A stretch of 64,000 nt of DNA from Christensenellales bacterium. GTDB lineage: Bacteria; Bacillota; Clostridia; Christensenellales; JBMNTQ01. The notes below the pieces were generated by a model. The model had not been told where the DNA came from, ran no database searches, and saw nothing but the letters and a program-made list of their open reading frames with translations. A program made the position numbers and the translations under genes. The DNA is taken from positions 25,276 through 89,275 of the forward strand of contig JBMNTR010000008.1 of the NCBI GenBank assembly GCA_050945835.1. The letters are read 5' to 3'. Position 1 is the first letter of the stretch. Every line of letters begins with the position of its first letter. Below, in pieces: positions 43,641 to 53,365 of the stretch.

Positions 43641-44183
43641 TTATTCTTTGTCGTAAGCAGCCTGAACGGCGTCTCTGAGCGTATCTGGCTTCCCATTGTC
43701 GCCGCTGCCAACAGGATTCCCGCCGCCGGGCACCTCGGCACCCGGAAGCGCCCACTTATCGTTTTTGCGGATGGCTGCCTGCTGATCATCCAGCCCAACC
43801 AGCTGATCACCCTCCAGATTGATCTTATCCAGATCCAGCAGCGCTTTGACCGCCTTTGTGTTCACTGCGCCTTCTTTTGCAAGCCGCGCCTCCAGTTTGC
43901 TGTCCAGCTTTATTTGCGCCAGCTGTGTGGCAAATCCCTGCTCCGCCTCTTCTTTTTCTTTTTCTTTTTCCAGCCGGATGATTTTGCCCTTCAGGTTCTC
44001 CGGATCCGCATCATCAGCCTGCTGCTGCAATTCGTCTACGGTCGCCTGCAGCGCATCGAGATCCGCTTGCGGTACGTAGCCGCCTTCGGCCAGGTTGGCC
44101 AGCTGCACCTTTTCGTTCCCTTCCAGCGCTTTGACAACCTGTTCGTAGAGTTCTTCGCCTAAGTGCTCCTTCAAAAATTCCAT
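43641..44183 (-). CDS. phage scaffolding protein
   Basis: MEFLKEHLGEELYEQVVKALEGNEKVQLANLAEGGYVPQADLDAL followed by an acidic coiled coil, as in GP20-type scaffold proteins. It lies immediately upstream of the capsid gene. Confidence 0.65.
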   Translation of the reverse strand: MEFLKEHLGEELYEQVVKALEGNEKVQLANLAEGGYVPQADLDALQATVDELQQQADDADPENLKGKIIRLEKEKEKEEAEQGFATQLAQIKLDSKLEARLAKEGAVNTKAVKALLDLDKINLEGDQLVGLDDQQAAIRKNDKWALPGAEVPGGGNPVGSGDNGKPDTLRDAVQAAYDKE

Positions 44184-44299
44184 GTTCCTTTCGCCCTTTC
44201 TAATTTTTCCCTCCCAAATAAAAAAAGGCCTTGCGCGGGCGGAGGTATACCCGCGCATCGGCCGCCGGCATATTTTATCCTGGGCCGGCAATCGTCTCT

Positions 44300-44384
44300 C
44301 GGTTCAACGTATAAAAATAACGCCTAAACGGCGTTTGAACGGGGTTTAAAAGCAAGTTAAAAGCCACCCGTCAGGAGGTGGCCC
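44300..44384 (-). terminator. two tandem intrinsic terminators
   Basis: The minus strand reads GCCACC-UCCUGACG-GGUGGC followed by UUUU, then AACGCC-GUUU-AGGCGUU followed by AUUUUUAU. Confidence 0.55.
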
Positions 44385-44621
44385 TTAGTCAAATGCTTTG
44401 TATGTTTCTACCAAGATCGGGTCCAAGTCAAATCGTTCGCATGTCTTAACTTTGCAATCCAGCAGATCATCCGATATTAGCCCGTACACTTTGCAAGTCA
44501 AAGTAGGGGCTAGCGGATTCCTTGGATCAAATTTATGCATGATATGATTTCTGCATTTTTTACATAGCGGCGTCTGTATCCGAAATTGCGCATCATCTAT
44601 TCTGTTTTGCATCGTGGCCAT
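44385..44621 (-). CDS. small Cys-rich (zinc-ribbon-like) hypothetical protein
   Basis: A 78-aa product with CKKC...C...C..C spacing. It lies immediately downstream of the ADP-ribosyltransferase fragment. Confidence 0.4.
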   Translation of the reverse strand: MATMQNRIDDAQFRIQTPLCKKCRNHIMHKFDPRNPLAPTLTCKVYGLISDDLLDCKVKTCERFDLDPILVETYKAFD

Positions 44622-44721
44622 TCGCTCACCCCCTGTATAGTACCGTCATAAAGTATTTTCCGCCTCTGGTTTCAGCATCTAAGATTTGAAAATGTGATCC
44701 CTTCTGCAATAACATTTCGTG

Positions 44722-45503
44722 TTATTCTGCATATTCACTAAGCGACGCAAGGTATGCTCCCCGATAATTTTTTGGCACCAGTATCTGCATCTGGATCTCT
44801 TTACCTGCGAACTCATTGCCTTTCAATATAGATGTAGATACAAATGCCTTGTCATCTATCGCTTGCCCCGGCCACTGATCTACTGGCAACTGCTTCAATT
44901 GCGCCCCGTTCGTAAAGTTGCTGAACGACGCCCCACGCCACAATACAATGTTTTCCTCAACATCGGACTTCTCTATAGCGTTTGTAATGTGGCCGATTTT
45001 ATCCGTTATCCCGGATCCCGCCGAAACCTTGCCGCGTAAATAGTCATTGATCTTCGTATATTCGTTTGACGTATAATAGTGTAGCGCTTCTTTTTCTTCA
45101 TCTGTCCAGCTTTTGATCTGGTCATGCGCCCATTGCGGGATATCCTCATGCCGCTCAAAGATTTTATATTCTTCAATCTCTGAATGCCGACTTAAAACAT
45201 CCGCTTCCCAGTTTTTTGTTTTGTCGCCTTGTATTCTTTGACTAAATCATCAAATCTGGTACTATTATTATACTTCATGCGTCTAAAACTTGTAAAGGTT
45301 TTAGGTGCTTTTTCTCCCAGCGTCACTTTATACCGTTCCCATTGCCGTCGATCCTGCCACAGCTTACGGTTTTTCGCCTGTGATGCGTTGTAGGCATCCA
45401 CCTCTTTCGCGCCGCGGGTATTGCCTCTGATGGGTTTTTTAGCGTCTGCCAGATATTTTGCCTGCTCCTTGGGTGTGCATAATTCCCAAACGACGGGCAC
45501 CAA
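44722..45503 (-). pseudogene. phage minor head (SPP1 gp7-like) C-terminal region fused to an ADP-ribosyltransferase exoenzyme-type domain, frameshifted and truncated
   Basis: Frame 1 reads ...WERYKVTLGEKAPKTFTSFRRMKYNNSTRFDDLVKEYKATKQK. After a -1 shift in the run CAAAAAAC (about 45195), frame 2 reads EEKEALHYYTSNEYTKINDYLRG...VLWRGASF...AFVSTS...SLSEYAE-stop. The R and S-T-S motifs are present, and the ARTT Glu region is cut by the stop. Confidence 0.55.
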
Positions 45504-45825
45504 ACGGTGTCTGCAATTTGGATGGCTCGCCTTAAATCCCTTGTCCGATAGTTTTTCCTTATCTACAAAGAATTTCTACTTCTCGCAATTTTACTATGAT
45601 TTGCTCTGTCGTGTAAGACCAGTTCCATCGGACACCGCGCTGGACAGCTTCCGGCCCAATACGTCTCCGTCATCACCATGCCGGAAGGGTCTGCCGTTGT
45701 GAGCACGTTGTCTGCGTCGTCGTAGGTATAGGAAATCGTGGCATCCTTAACATATACAAATTACAATTTTGCCACGTATTGGAATAACGTACAATAAGTT
45801 TCGCAAATAGAAAAGGGCAAGGTTT

Positions 45826-46345
45826 CGAGTCTCTGATAAAATGGGAGTCACGACACAACCATTCGAAAGGAGACAGAAAACCATGTCCGAGAAAATTGCA
45901 CAACTAAATGAGGAAATCATTAAGAGCGAATTAAAGGAACTGGTGCGCAACAGCGTGGAGGAAACCCTCAACGGCCTGTTGGAACAGGAGGCTCAGCAGC
46001 TGACAGGCGCCGCGAAATATGAACGCAGTGCGGAGCGGCAGGGCTACCGCAGCGGTCACTACAGCCGGAGCCTGACGACAACATCGGTGGATCTGGAGCT
46101 GAAGATGCCAAAGCTCAAGGGTGTAACCTTTGAGACGGCCATCATTGAGCGATATCGCCGCCGCACAAGGGTGGTTGGTGCTTTTCCCGATGGCAATTCT
46201 GCACTGATGCTGGTTTGCGCACGTTTGCGCCACGTGGCCGGCACCCAATGGGGCAACAAGAAGTACATGAACATGAAGCATCTGGAGGCGACAGCTGATG
46301 ACGCTTTGATTGCCGGTTAAGCCCTATACTTTCAGAGATCAAAAA
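45826..46345 (+). mobile_element. IS256-family element with internal deletion of the catalytic core
   Basis: The ORF from ATG 45883 joins the IS256 transposase N-terminus (LTGAAKYERSAERQGYRSGHYSRSLTTTSVDLELKMPKLKGVTFETAIIERYRRR) directly to its C-terminus (VVGAFPDGNSALMLVCARLRHVAGTQWGNKKYMNMKHL). Imperfect terminal inverted repeats TCTCTGA(T/A)AA..GGG flank it. Confidence 0.6.
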
Positions 46346-46350
46346 CCAAT

Positions 46351-46953
46351 TTATGAAATTCTCTTGACACTACCAGAGCATTCGTAGCCATTTTCTTTCT
46401 GTAATTCATCCATTGGCAGTTGCAAAAAATCTGGCACATCTCCATCATAAATATTTTTAACAAAGTACGAATAAAGTAAATCATTACTTGTATAGTACGA
46501 CACAACAAACGCAATCGGCTGTTCAAGGAATTCATCTGCTTCTGCTTCGGCTTTTTGTGCATCGTTTTCAATTGATACCCATTCCGTTTCTTTACGAACA
46601 TCTTCATCATCAATCAGTTCTTTTATGGCTAGTTCATAGTGTTCATAAAACATCGCATAGTCTGCTAAGTTTAATTCTTTCACTTTGTTGCATATTTTTA
46701 TCTGGCGTGCAATTTCCTTTTCCCAGTCTTTTTCAGACGCTTGCAATAGCGCGTTGTTTTTTTCTTTTATGTGGCTATCCAAAGCATCCTGTCCGTCTCC
46801 CTAGCCAATGTTTTGTTTCAGAATGAGTGATTCAATATTCTTAATGGTTTTCACATCCACAGCATCCAACTTAGAGTTGGTGTTTGAACAACCCATTACA
46901 AATAATTGAACAAGTATAAGAATCATCACGATAACGCCAGTCTTTCTGTTCAT
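46351..46953 (-). pseudogene. putative lipoprotein interrupted by an in-frame TAG (46801-46803)
   Basis: MNRKTGVIVMILILVQLFVMGC|SNT (lipobox), then ...LKQNIG-TAG-GDGQDALDSHIKEKNN... continues in the same frame into the 143-aa ORF. Confidence 0.5.
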
Positions 46954-47073
46954 CATTCATCCATCCTTCTCTCTTGAATTATCAAATATATAAATGTTCT
47001 TCACCAAATACGGTAGGAGCATACAGCAGGCGAGCAGAAGAGCTAACAGTGGATCTCCACCCCAATGTTATAA

Positions 47074-47352
47074 TTAGATTTTTTGTTCCCGTAGTCCAGA
47101 CAAGTTTGTGCGTATGCCCGCCGCCTCCAACTGGTTTTTAATAACCTCGGCCACTGCTATACGGTCCGAGCTGTCGTCTATGACGAATTCAACATCCAGT
47201 CCGTTCAGATATCCTGCCTCCGTGAGCAGCTCTTTCACTTTTTCAATATTGGCGTTGTCATACTCATAGGGCCATTTGTCACCTTTAAACTGATCGCTGT
47301 AGCCGAATATGACAGGTGTTACCGCCGAGAACAGGCGGATATCGGCATAGCA
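47074..47352 (-). pseudogene. fragment of a family-5 (Opp/Dpp-type) substrate-binding protein
   Basis: YEYDNANIEKVKELLTEAGYLNGLDVEFVIDDSSDRIAVAEVIKNQLEAAGIRTNL is the characteristic mid-region of SBP_bac_5 proteins. It is truncated at both ends and abuts the IS3 fragment. Confidence 0.5.
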
Positions 47353-47354
47353 CA

Positions 47355-47941
47355 GCCCTGGTACGAACCGAAGGCTGGCGCGTCGATCATAAACGAGTTG
47401 AACGCATCTGGTGCGAGGAGGGGCTGAAAGTCCCGTAGAAGCAGCCTAAACGACAGAGGCTTTGGCTGATCTGGAGCTATGATTTTGTGGAGGACAGATT
47501 GTCAAACGGACGAAAGTTCCGCTGGTTGAACGTCATCGACGGGTGCAGCAGACAATGTCTCCCCAGCATTCCACGCCGTAGTTGGTGGCATCAGAATGTC
47601 ACAGAAACTCTTGGCCGGCCTGTTTGTCATGAAGGACTATCCAGCCTATATTTGCAGCGACAACGGGTCTGCGTTTATGGCGACGAGACTGCGCGACCGG
47701 CCTCGGCGTGTCGGGGGCAACACAGCATATATTGAGTCTGGGAGTCCTTGGGAAAACGGCTATTGCGAGCGCTTCAACACCTGAATGCAAGATGAGTACC
47801 TAAACGGCGAGTTCTTTGAAACGATGTCCGAGGTCGAGGTGCTAACGCGGTAATGGGTGCGTGACTACAACACCATACAGGCTGCACAGCGCCCTCGGAT
47901 TTCATCCGCCTGACCCGCAGACCGTATATCTGGCTGCGTAA
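47355..47941 (+). mobile_element. IS3-family OrfB (DDE/rve transposase) remnant with stops and frameshifts
   Basis: Pieces across three frames read GWRVDHKRVERIWCEEGLKVP*KQPKRQRLWL, WSYDFVEDRLSNGRKFRWLNVIDGCSRQCL, YICSDNGSAFMATRLRD, ESGSPWENGYCERFN and HSALGFHPPDPQTVYLAA-stop. Confidence 0.7.
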
Positions 47942-48071
47942 ATGTGATTTCCTAGCTCTAGCGTGTGTGCATTATCGGGGTGGACCAAACTACAACATTC
48001 AGTGATGTGTTTCTCAAGGTTTCAAAACTCAAGGAAATATTATCCAATTTTCACGTGTTTTGTCTATTCCT

Positions 48072-48800
48072 TCACAACTCTGCTCCGCCAAGATATGCTC
48101 TCTTTACCTCTTCATTCGCAATAAGGTCTTTAGATGGTCCCTCCATAACCAACTCACCGTTCTGCATCACATATGCTCTACTTGCCGTTGTAAGCGCTAG
48201 CTTCGAATTCTGTTCAACAAACAAAATAGTTGTCCCATCCCTGTTTATTTCATTGATCGCCTTGTATACTTCTTTTACTATGATCGGTGCAAGGCCAAGA
48301 GACGGTTCGTCTATAAGAATAAGATTTGGGTTGCTTACAAGCGAACGGCCTATCGCAAGCATTTGCTGCTCGCCTCCGGAGAGGGTTCCGGCTTTCTGTA
48401 ATCGGCGTTCAAGCAGTCTTGGGAACCTCTCATAGACTTTGTTAATATCTTCCTTCACTTTCTTTTTATCGTTTCGGAGATAAGCACCCATATAAAGGTT
48501 TTCTTCTACTGTAAGCAGCGGAAATACATGGCGACCTTCCAGAACATGCGCTATTCCGGTCTTAGCTACTTTGTTTCCGGAATATGTCTGTATTTCTTTT
48601 CCGTCGAAAATTATCTTGCCCAGAACGCCTTTGCGCGGTGTAAGTCCGGATATCGTCTGCATTGTAGTGGTTTTACCAGCGCCGTTTGCACCGATAAGCG
48701 CTACCATTTCACCTTTGTTAATACATAGGTTGATTCCCTTTACCGCGTGTATGTTGCCGTAATAGTAATGAACGTCAATTAGTTCAAGTACGCTTGTCAT
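48072..48800 (-). CDS. livF: branched-chain amino acid-type ABC transporter ATP-binding protein (LivF-like)
   Basis: GANGAGKTT, LSGGEQQMLAIGR and ILIDEPSLGLAP motifs. Length 242 aa. Confidence 0.85.
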   Translation of the reverse strand: MTSVLELIDVHYYYGNIHAVKGINLCINKGEMVALIGANGAGKTTTMQTISGLTPRKGVLGKIIFDGKEIQTYSGNKVAKTGIAHVLEGRHVFPLLTVEENLYMGAYLRNDKKKVKEDINKVYERFPRLLERRLQKAGTLSGGEQQMLAIGRSLVSNPNLILIDEPSLGLAPIIVKEVYKAINEINRDGTTILFVEQNSKLALTTASRAYVMQNGELVMEGPSKDLIANEEVKRAYLGGAEL

Positions 48801-49561
48801 TCATCGTCACCTCCAAGATACGCCGCAATAACATCAGGATTATTCGTGACCTCTTCGGGGGAACCTTCCGCAAGAAGCTTGCCCTGTTCAAGAACGTAAA
48901 TATAATCACTGACATTCACAACCAAGTTCATGTCGTGTTCCACAATCAGAATAGACACGCCCATTTTGAGTATTGTTCGAAGTAATGCATCCAACTCGGA
49001 TTTTTCAGCCGAATTCATACCGGCTGCAGGTTCATCAAGAAGGATCACTTTCGGATTGCTGGCAAGTCCACGGACAATCTCAAGAAGCCTTTGTTTACCA
49101 TACGAAAGGTTTTTTGCTTGAATATGCGCATATTCATCAAGACCCACAAACTGAAGCAGTTCGTGTGCTTTTTCAATGATTGACTTTTCCTCTTGTCTTT
49201 TCTTTTTAGTGTTGAAAAGGCTGTCCCAGAAGTTCGCCTCAAGTCTTGATTGCATACCTACAAGAACGTTTTCCAGCACGGTCATCTTCCAGAAAAGGTT
49301 GATGATCTGGTATGTTCTGGCAATGCCGGCAAAATTGATCTCAAAACCCCGTTTACCTTCGATATGCTTTCCGTCCAACAGTATCGCCCCGCTGTTTATC
49401 TTGTATACACCACTTATACAGTTGAAAAGCGTAGTCTTTCCGGCGCCATTTGGGCCAATCAGTGCAGTGATCTTATTGTCCTCTATCTTTATGCTGACAT
49501 CATTTACGGCGATGAGTCCGCCGAATTTAATAACAACGTTTTTTGTTTCAATCACGAACAT
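48797..49561 (-). CDS. livG: branched-chain amino acid-type ABC transporter ATP-binding protein (LivG-like)
   Basis: GPNGAGKTTLFNCISG, LSYGKQRLLEIVRGL and ILLDEPAAGMN motifs, plus a LivG-type C-terminus. Confidence 0.85.
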   Translation of the reverse strand: MFVIETKNVVIKFGGLIAVNDVSIKIEDNKITALIGPNGAGKTTLFNCISGVYKINSGAILLDGKHIEGKRGFEINFAGIARTYQIINLFWKMTVLENVLVGMQSRLEANFWDSLFNTKKKRQEEKSIIEKAHELLQFVGLDEYAHIQAKNLSYGKQRLLEIVRGLASNPKVILLDEPAAGMNSAEKSELDALLRTILKMGVSILIVEHDMNLVVNVSDYIYVLEQGKLLAEGSPEEVTNNPDVIAAYLGGDDE

Positions 49562-50564
49562 CACCGCCTTTCTCACGGTCGTTTTCTTTAGCTTTTTTTC
49601 CGGCCATGTATCTTGCCTCTACCTTTTTAAAAATAACTTTCAAGCTCCCATGCAGACCTCCCGGCATAGCAACTATAACAATCAGGAGCAACGCACCGTA
49701 GAACAACATCTGATACTCCTGAAGTGGACGAATAAGCTCTAGAACCACCTCAATAGTTACCACCCCGCATATAGGTCCAAACGTGCTGCCACTTCCGCCA
49801 AACATCAGCATGGTCATTAGAAGTACCGACTGTGGCATTTTAGCGATATCCGGACTTGCAAAACCTATAATGCAACCGTATAGTGCGCCTGCAAGGCCTG
49901 TCAAAAAAGCACTGCATGCAAAAGCGATGACCTTGTATTTTCTTACGTTAATGCCCATTCCGTCAGCCGCATGGGTGTTTTCTCTTATGGCAATAAATGC
50001 GCGCCCTACACGTGATTTAACAAGGCTTACCTTTCCAAGCAGGACGATAATGACGATTACCAGTAGAAAATAATACCATTTTCTGTAATCGGAGCCCAAG
50101 AAACTTATTCCTTCTACGGCCATACCAAGCGCATTGTTCGTTATGTTGTTTGGCGAATTGTATATAATGTTGTATATTATTTCCGCGAAAGAAATAGTCG
50201 CCAATGACAGAAAATGAAACTTCAGCTTAGATGCGGGATAGGCTAGCAGCGCTCCGGCTCCCGCGGCTGCTATCGATACAAAGGGTATTGTAACGTATAA
50301 AGGAATGTTGAAATACCTATCCAGCATGGCGGAACCGTAAGCGCCTATTGCAAAATAAGCAGCATGTCCCATGGATATTTGTCCGGCGTATCCAAAAAGC
50401 AGATCAAGTCCCGACGTCGCTATGATATAGATCAGCGATATGCAGCAGACAAATACCAGATAGTTGTTTCCGAAAATCAAAATGAGTAAAAACGGCAGTG
50501 CTAAAAGCATTGCAGCCGTAAGACAGTTAAACAGCGTCTTTTTATTCGCTAAGCTCTTATACAA
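49548..50564 (-). CDS. livM: branched-chain amino acid-type ABC transporter permease (LivM-like)
   Basis: Polytopic permease with LLFGYAGQISMGHAAYFAIGAY and REN..AADGMGINV motifs. Confidence 0.8.
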   Translation of the reverse strand: MYKSLANKKTLFNCLTAAMLLALPFLLILIFGNNYLVFVCCISLIYIIATSGLDLLFGYAGQISMGHAAYFAIGAYGSAMLDRYFNIPLYVTIPFVSIAAAGAGALLAYPASKLKFHFLSLATISFAEIIYNIIYNSPNNITNNALGMAVEGISFLGSDYRKWYYFLLVIVIIVLLGKVSLVKSRVGRAFIAIRENTHAADGMGINVRKYKVIAFACSAFLTGLAGALYGCIIGFASPDIAKMPQSVLLMTMLMFGGSGSTFGPICGVVTIEVVLELIRPLQEYQMLFYGALLLIVIVAMPGGLHGSLKVIFKKVEARYMAGKKAKENDREKGGDVRD

Positions 50565-50586
50565 ACCATAACCTCCTCTCTATATT

Positions 50587-51459
50587 CTAATCCCGAATAG
50601 CTCGCTCATTGAATATCCCTGTCGGCTTAATAAACAGGAACAGTATAAGGAGCGTATATGCGATAAGATTTTTGTATGTCCCGCTCCAATACCCTGCAAT
50701 GAATGTCTCGGTAAGCCCAAGAACCAGCCCGCCGATCATAGCTCCGTACATATTGCCGTAGCCTCCTATGACTGCTCCAGAAAAACCCTTCATGCCAATA
50801 TTGGCGCCAAGAGTAGTAAATACTCCGTAAAGAGGGCCAATCAATATTCCTGCGATAGATGCTACGCCCGCTGAGAGCCCCCAAGTTATTCCTGTCGTCA
50901 ACGCTGTATTTATTCCACATGATTCAGCCGCAAGCGGTTCCATTGCGGCACCCCTCATCGCTGTTCCGAATTTTGACTTAGTCATGAAGAAATGCAGTAT
51001 GAGCATCAGTACCACTGAAACAACCAGGCAGAGCCATGCCTCGGCCTGTGCTGTTACACCGAAGAATGTGGCAGTTCCACTATCAAAAATCTGTGGGAAT
51101 CCACGGGTCTCGGTACCGTATGTTGCCTGTAGTGTATTCTGAATGATATACGATATGCCAATGGTTGCAATTACGATATATATTGGCAAAACGCCTTTAT
51201 TTATCATTCTCCTGATTACGCCCTTCTCAACAAGAAAGCCAAGCAGGAATGCTAGTAGAAATGTCAGCGCTGCAGCCACATATATCGGCAGTCCTAATAC
51301 CGCATATAGTGAAAAACCGAGGAAAGCACCGATGGTGATCAAGTCGCCCTGCATGAAGCTCATAAGACCTGAGGCTCTGTAAATCAGACTGTATCCTAAA
51401 GCTATCAGACTGTAAATCGAGCCATATATCAACCCATTAACAAGAATTGTAAAAAACAC
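50587..51459 (-). CDS. livH: branched-chain amino acid-type ABC transporter permease (LivH-like)
   Basis: NGLIYGSIYSLIALGYSLIYRASGLMSFMQGD is the LivH N-terminal signature. Confidence 0.8.
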   Translation of the reverse strand: MFFTILVNGLIYGSIYSLIALGYSLIYRASGLMSFMQGDLITIGAFLGFSLYAVLGLPIYVAAALTFLLAFLLGFLVEKGVIRRMINKGVLPIYIVIATIGISYIIQNTLQATYGTETRGFPQIFDSGTATFFGVTAQAEAWLCLVVSVVLMLILHFFMTKSKFGTAMRGAAMEPLAAESCGINTALTTGITWGLSAGVASIAGILIGPLYGVFTTLGANIGMKGFSGAVIGGYGNMYGAMIGGLVLGLTETFIAGYWSGTYKNLIAYTLLILFLFIKPTGIFNERAIRD

Positions 51460-51556
51460 TATTCTTCATCTCCTAACTTTTTAAGCCAAAAGACCAGAAT
51501 TTTTTTGATTAACTCCGGTCTTTATTTGCACTACATTTTATAAGCTATTAGGAAAT

Positions 51557-52840
51557 TTATTTTTCATTTCCGGTTGCTTCCAGATATGCTTCATATCCGC
51601 CATCTGCGAGCCAATCGTCTACGTAAATACTTTTACCGTCAATCATTATAAATTCAGATACCGCCGAGTATCCCTCACGGTCGCCGTTTGTGAAATCGAG
51701 TGTGCCACCCAGCCCTGGAATTTTAACTTTATCCATAGCTTCGCGGATCGCTTCTTTGTCATTGCTGCCTGCAATTTTCGAAGCTTCCCAAAGGGACATC
51801 ATCGTATCCCAGCCACGATAGCTTCCTTCGATGTTTGGAAGAGTTCCGTATTCTTCAATATACAGTTCTGTGAACTCTTTCATATATGGATCGGTAATGT
51901 CATTTATATCTGTATAGGTAACATAGGGATATGCATAATATACATAGTTGCAGTTTTCAACACCTGCTACGTTGATAAAATCCTGCTGCATGCTGTCTTT
52001 CGTAGAAATCGTTCCGGTGTATCCCTGATTTCTAAACTGCTTGATCATCGGCCCAAACTGTGCACCGAGTGCAGAGAGGAATACTGTATCGGGCTTGGAT
52101 GCGATGATCTGGGAGATTTGTCCTGAAAAGTCGGTATCAGCCTGATCACACACCTGACGTTCGACGATCGTTGCGCCGCCTGCTTCGACCGCTTCTTGGA
52201 AAGCATCCGCAGTTGCAATTGCATTATCATCGTTCCCGTTGAGAATGGCAATGTTTTCAAATCCTAATTTTGCACAGAGGTCATAGATCATGGGAGCCTG
52301 TCTGTTGCCATTTAATGCTGCACGAAATGTCCAGATATTATCAGGATTTTCCATGAATGAATATGATGTACCCATACCGAAGTTGAGAGTTTCTGCTGCA
52401 TTGAGAAGATCAACAGTGGCGAGACAGTCAGCCGAGTTGTGTGAACCGATGATAGCGTCATATGTGTCTTCTTCAATAAATTTCTGCACCAGCTTTACAG
52501 ATTCTTCTACCTTCGACTGGTTGTCAAAAGCTTCAAAAGTGACCTTTGCACCGTTCATACCGCCGTGCTCGTTAATATACTTAACTGCCAGATTGATACC
52601 GTCTACACAGGTAACACCAAACACAGAGTTATTCCCGGTGAGGATTATGTGACAACCTATATTGTACTCTCCGCTAAGTCCGCTGTTTTCTCCCGATGAT
52701 GCTTCCGGTGATTTTTCCGTGGATACAGCCCCTTCTGCTGCTTGCTCGGTAGGCGCCGCTTCTTCCCCATTACTTGCGCATCCTGCAAACAAACTGAGGA
52801 GAAAAACCACTAAAATTATCAGAGCCAAAGTCTTTTTCAT
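51557..52840 (-). CDS. Leu/Ile/Val-binding-protein-family substrate-binding lipoprotein (ligand unknown)
   Basis: Lipobox LFAGC|AS followed by a Ser/Glu/Ala-rich linker, then a type I periplasmic binding fold (IGSHNSAD, ILNGNDDNAI). Confidence 0.75.
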   Translation of the reverse strand: MKKTLALIILVVFLLSLFAGCASNGEEAAPTEQAAEGAVSTEKSPEASSGENSGLSGEYNIGCHIILTGNNSVFGVTCVDGINLAVKYINEHGGMNGAKVTFEAFDNQSKVEESVKLVQKFIEEDTYDAIIGSHNSADCLATVDLLNAAETLNFGMGTSYSFMENPDNIWTFRAALNGNRQAPMIYDLCAKLGFENIAILNGNDDNAIATADAFQEAVEAGGATIVERQVCDQADTDFSGQISQIIASKPDTVFLSALGAQFGPMIKQFRNQGYTGTISTKDSMQQDFINVAGVENCNYVYYAYPYVTYTDINDITDPYMKEFTELYIEEYGTLPNIEGSYRGWDTMMSLWEASKIAGSNDKEAIREAMDKVKIPGLGGTLDFTNGDREGYSAVSEFIMIDGKSIYVDDWLADGGYEAYLEATGNEK

Positions 52841-52915
52841 TTCTACGTTCCTCCATTTATTTATTAAGCATAATTCTGGTTTTTTACAAGCATAAAAACT
52901 ACTCCATCAGATGTT

Positions 52916-53350
52916 TTAAATATTAAGAAACCACCACTCATGCCCCGGATAGGACTCGGGGTAAAGTGTCCTTTCGAGCGTTCCATCCAATTTTGTAAGA
53001 TAGATATTACAGGTTCCGAATACCTTGGCTTCTTCAAGATGCCCGCCTACGATTGGGCTGCCACCCTGTCCGGCCATGATGATATGCACGTGTGGCAAAC
53101 ACTTACCTTCTTTCATTGAAATGTCTCCAGTAATATTTAGTATTTCCATTTTTTCGTTGATTTCTGATACTACATAATTGCCTTCAATCTCATTTCCGGC
53201 GCCGAACCTTGCATAGTCCGTAGCTCCGATACCGGTAAAATGCGCTCCCGTGATACCCTCCTTTTCACATACGGATATGATCGTTGAGATTATCTCGTTA
53301 CCCATCTCGACTCTGATAATAACTGTATTTCCGAATACCTTATAACCCAT
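52916..53350 (-). CDS. PPC (DUF296) domain protein
   Basis: MEILNITGDISMKEGKCLPHVHIIMAGQGGSPIVGGHLEEAKVFGTCNIYL matches the PPC/DUF296 core (LEIlsl.G.i......pH.H..l.d..g...GGHL). Confidence 0.65.
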   Translation of the reverse strand: MGYKVFGNTVIIRVEMGNEIISTIISVCEKEGITGAHFTGIGATDYARFGAGNEIEGNYVVSEINEKMEILNITGDISMKEGKCLPHVHIIMAGQGGSPIVGGHLEEAKVFGTCNIYLTKLDGTLERTLYPESYPGHEWWFLNI

Positions 53351-53365
53351 ATTTTTCTCCTTTCA

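Noticed and set aside
45190-45200. Programmed -1 ribosomal frameshift at the A-run joining the gp7-like and ART frames
   Set aside because: The run CAAAAAAC is not in the X_XXY_YYZ phase relative to the upstream frame, and no downstream stimulatory structure was noticed. The surrounding genes are also broken, so a homopolymer indel is more likely.
42896-46803. Alternative genetic code (TGA or TAG reassigned) to explain the in-frame stops in the capsid and lipoprotein genes
   Set aside because: There is only one TGA and one TAG, in different genes, within a region full of frameshifts and truncations. Host genes such as potA clearly use TGA as a stop. Ordinary nonsense decay is more parsimonious. 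It is kept as a low-probability alternative in the capsid finding.
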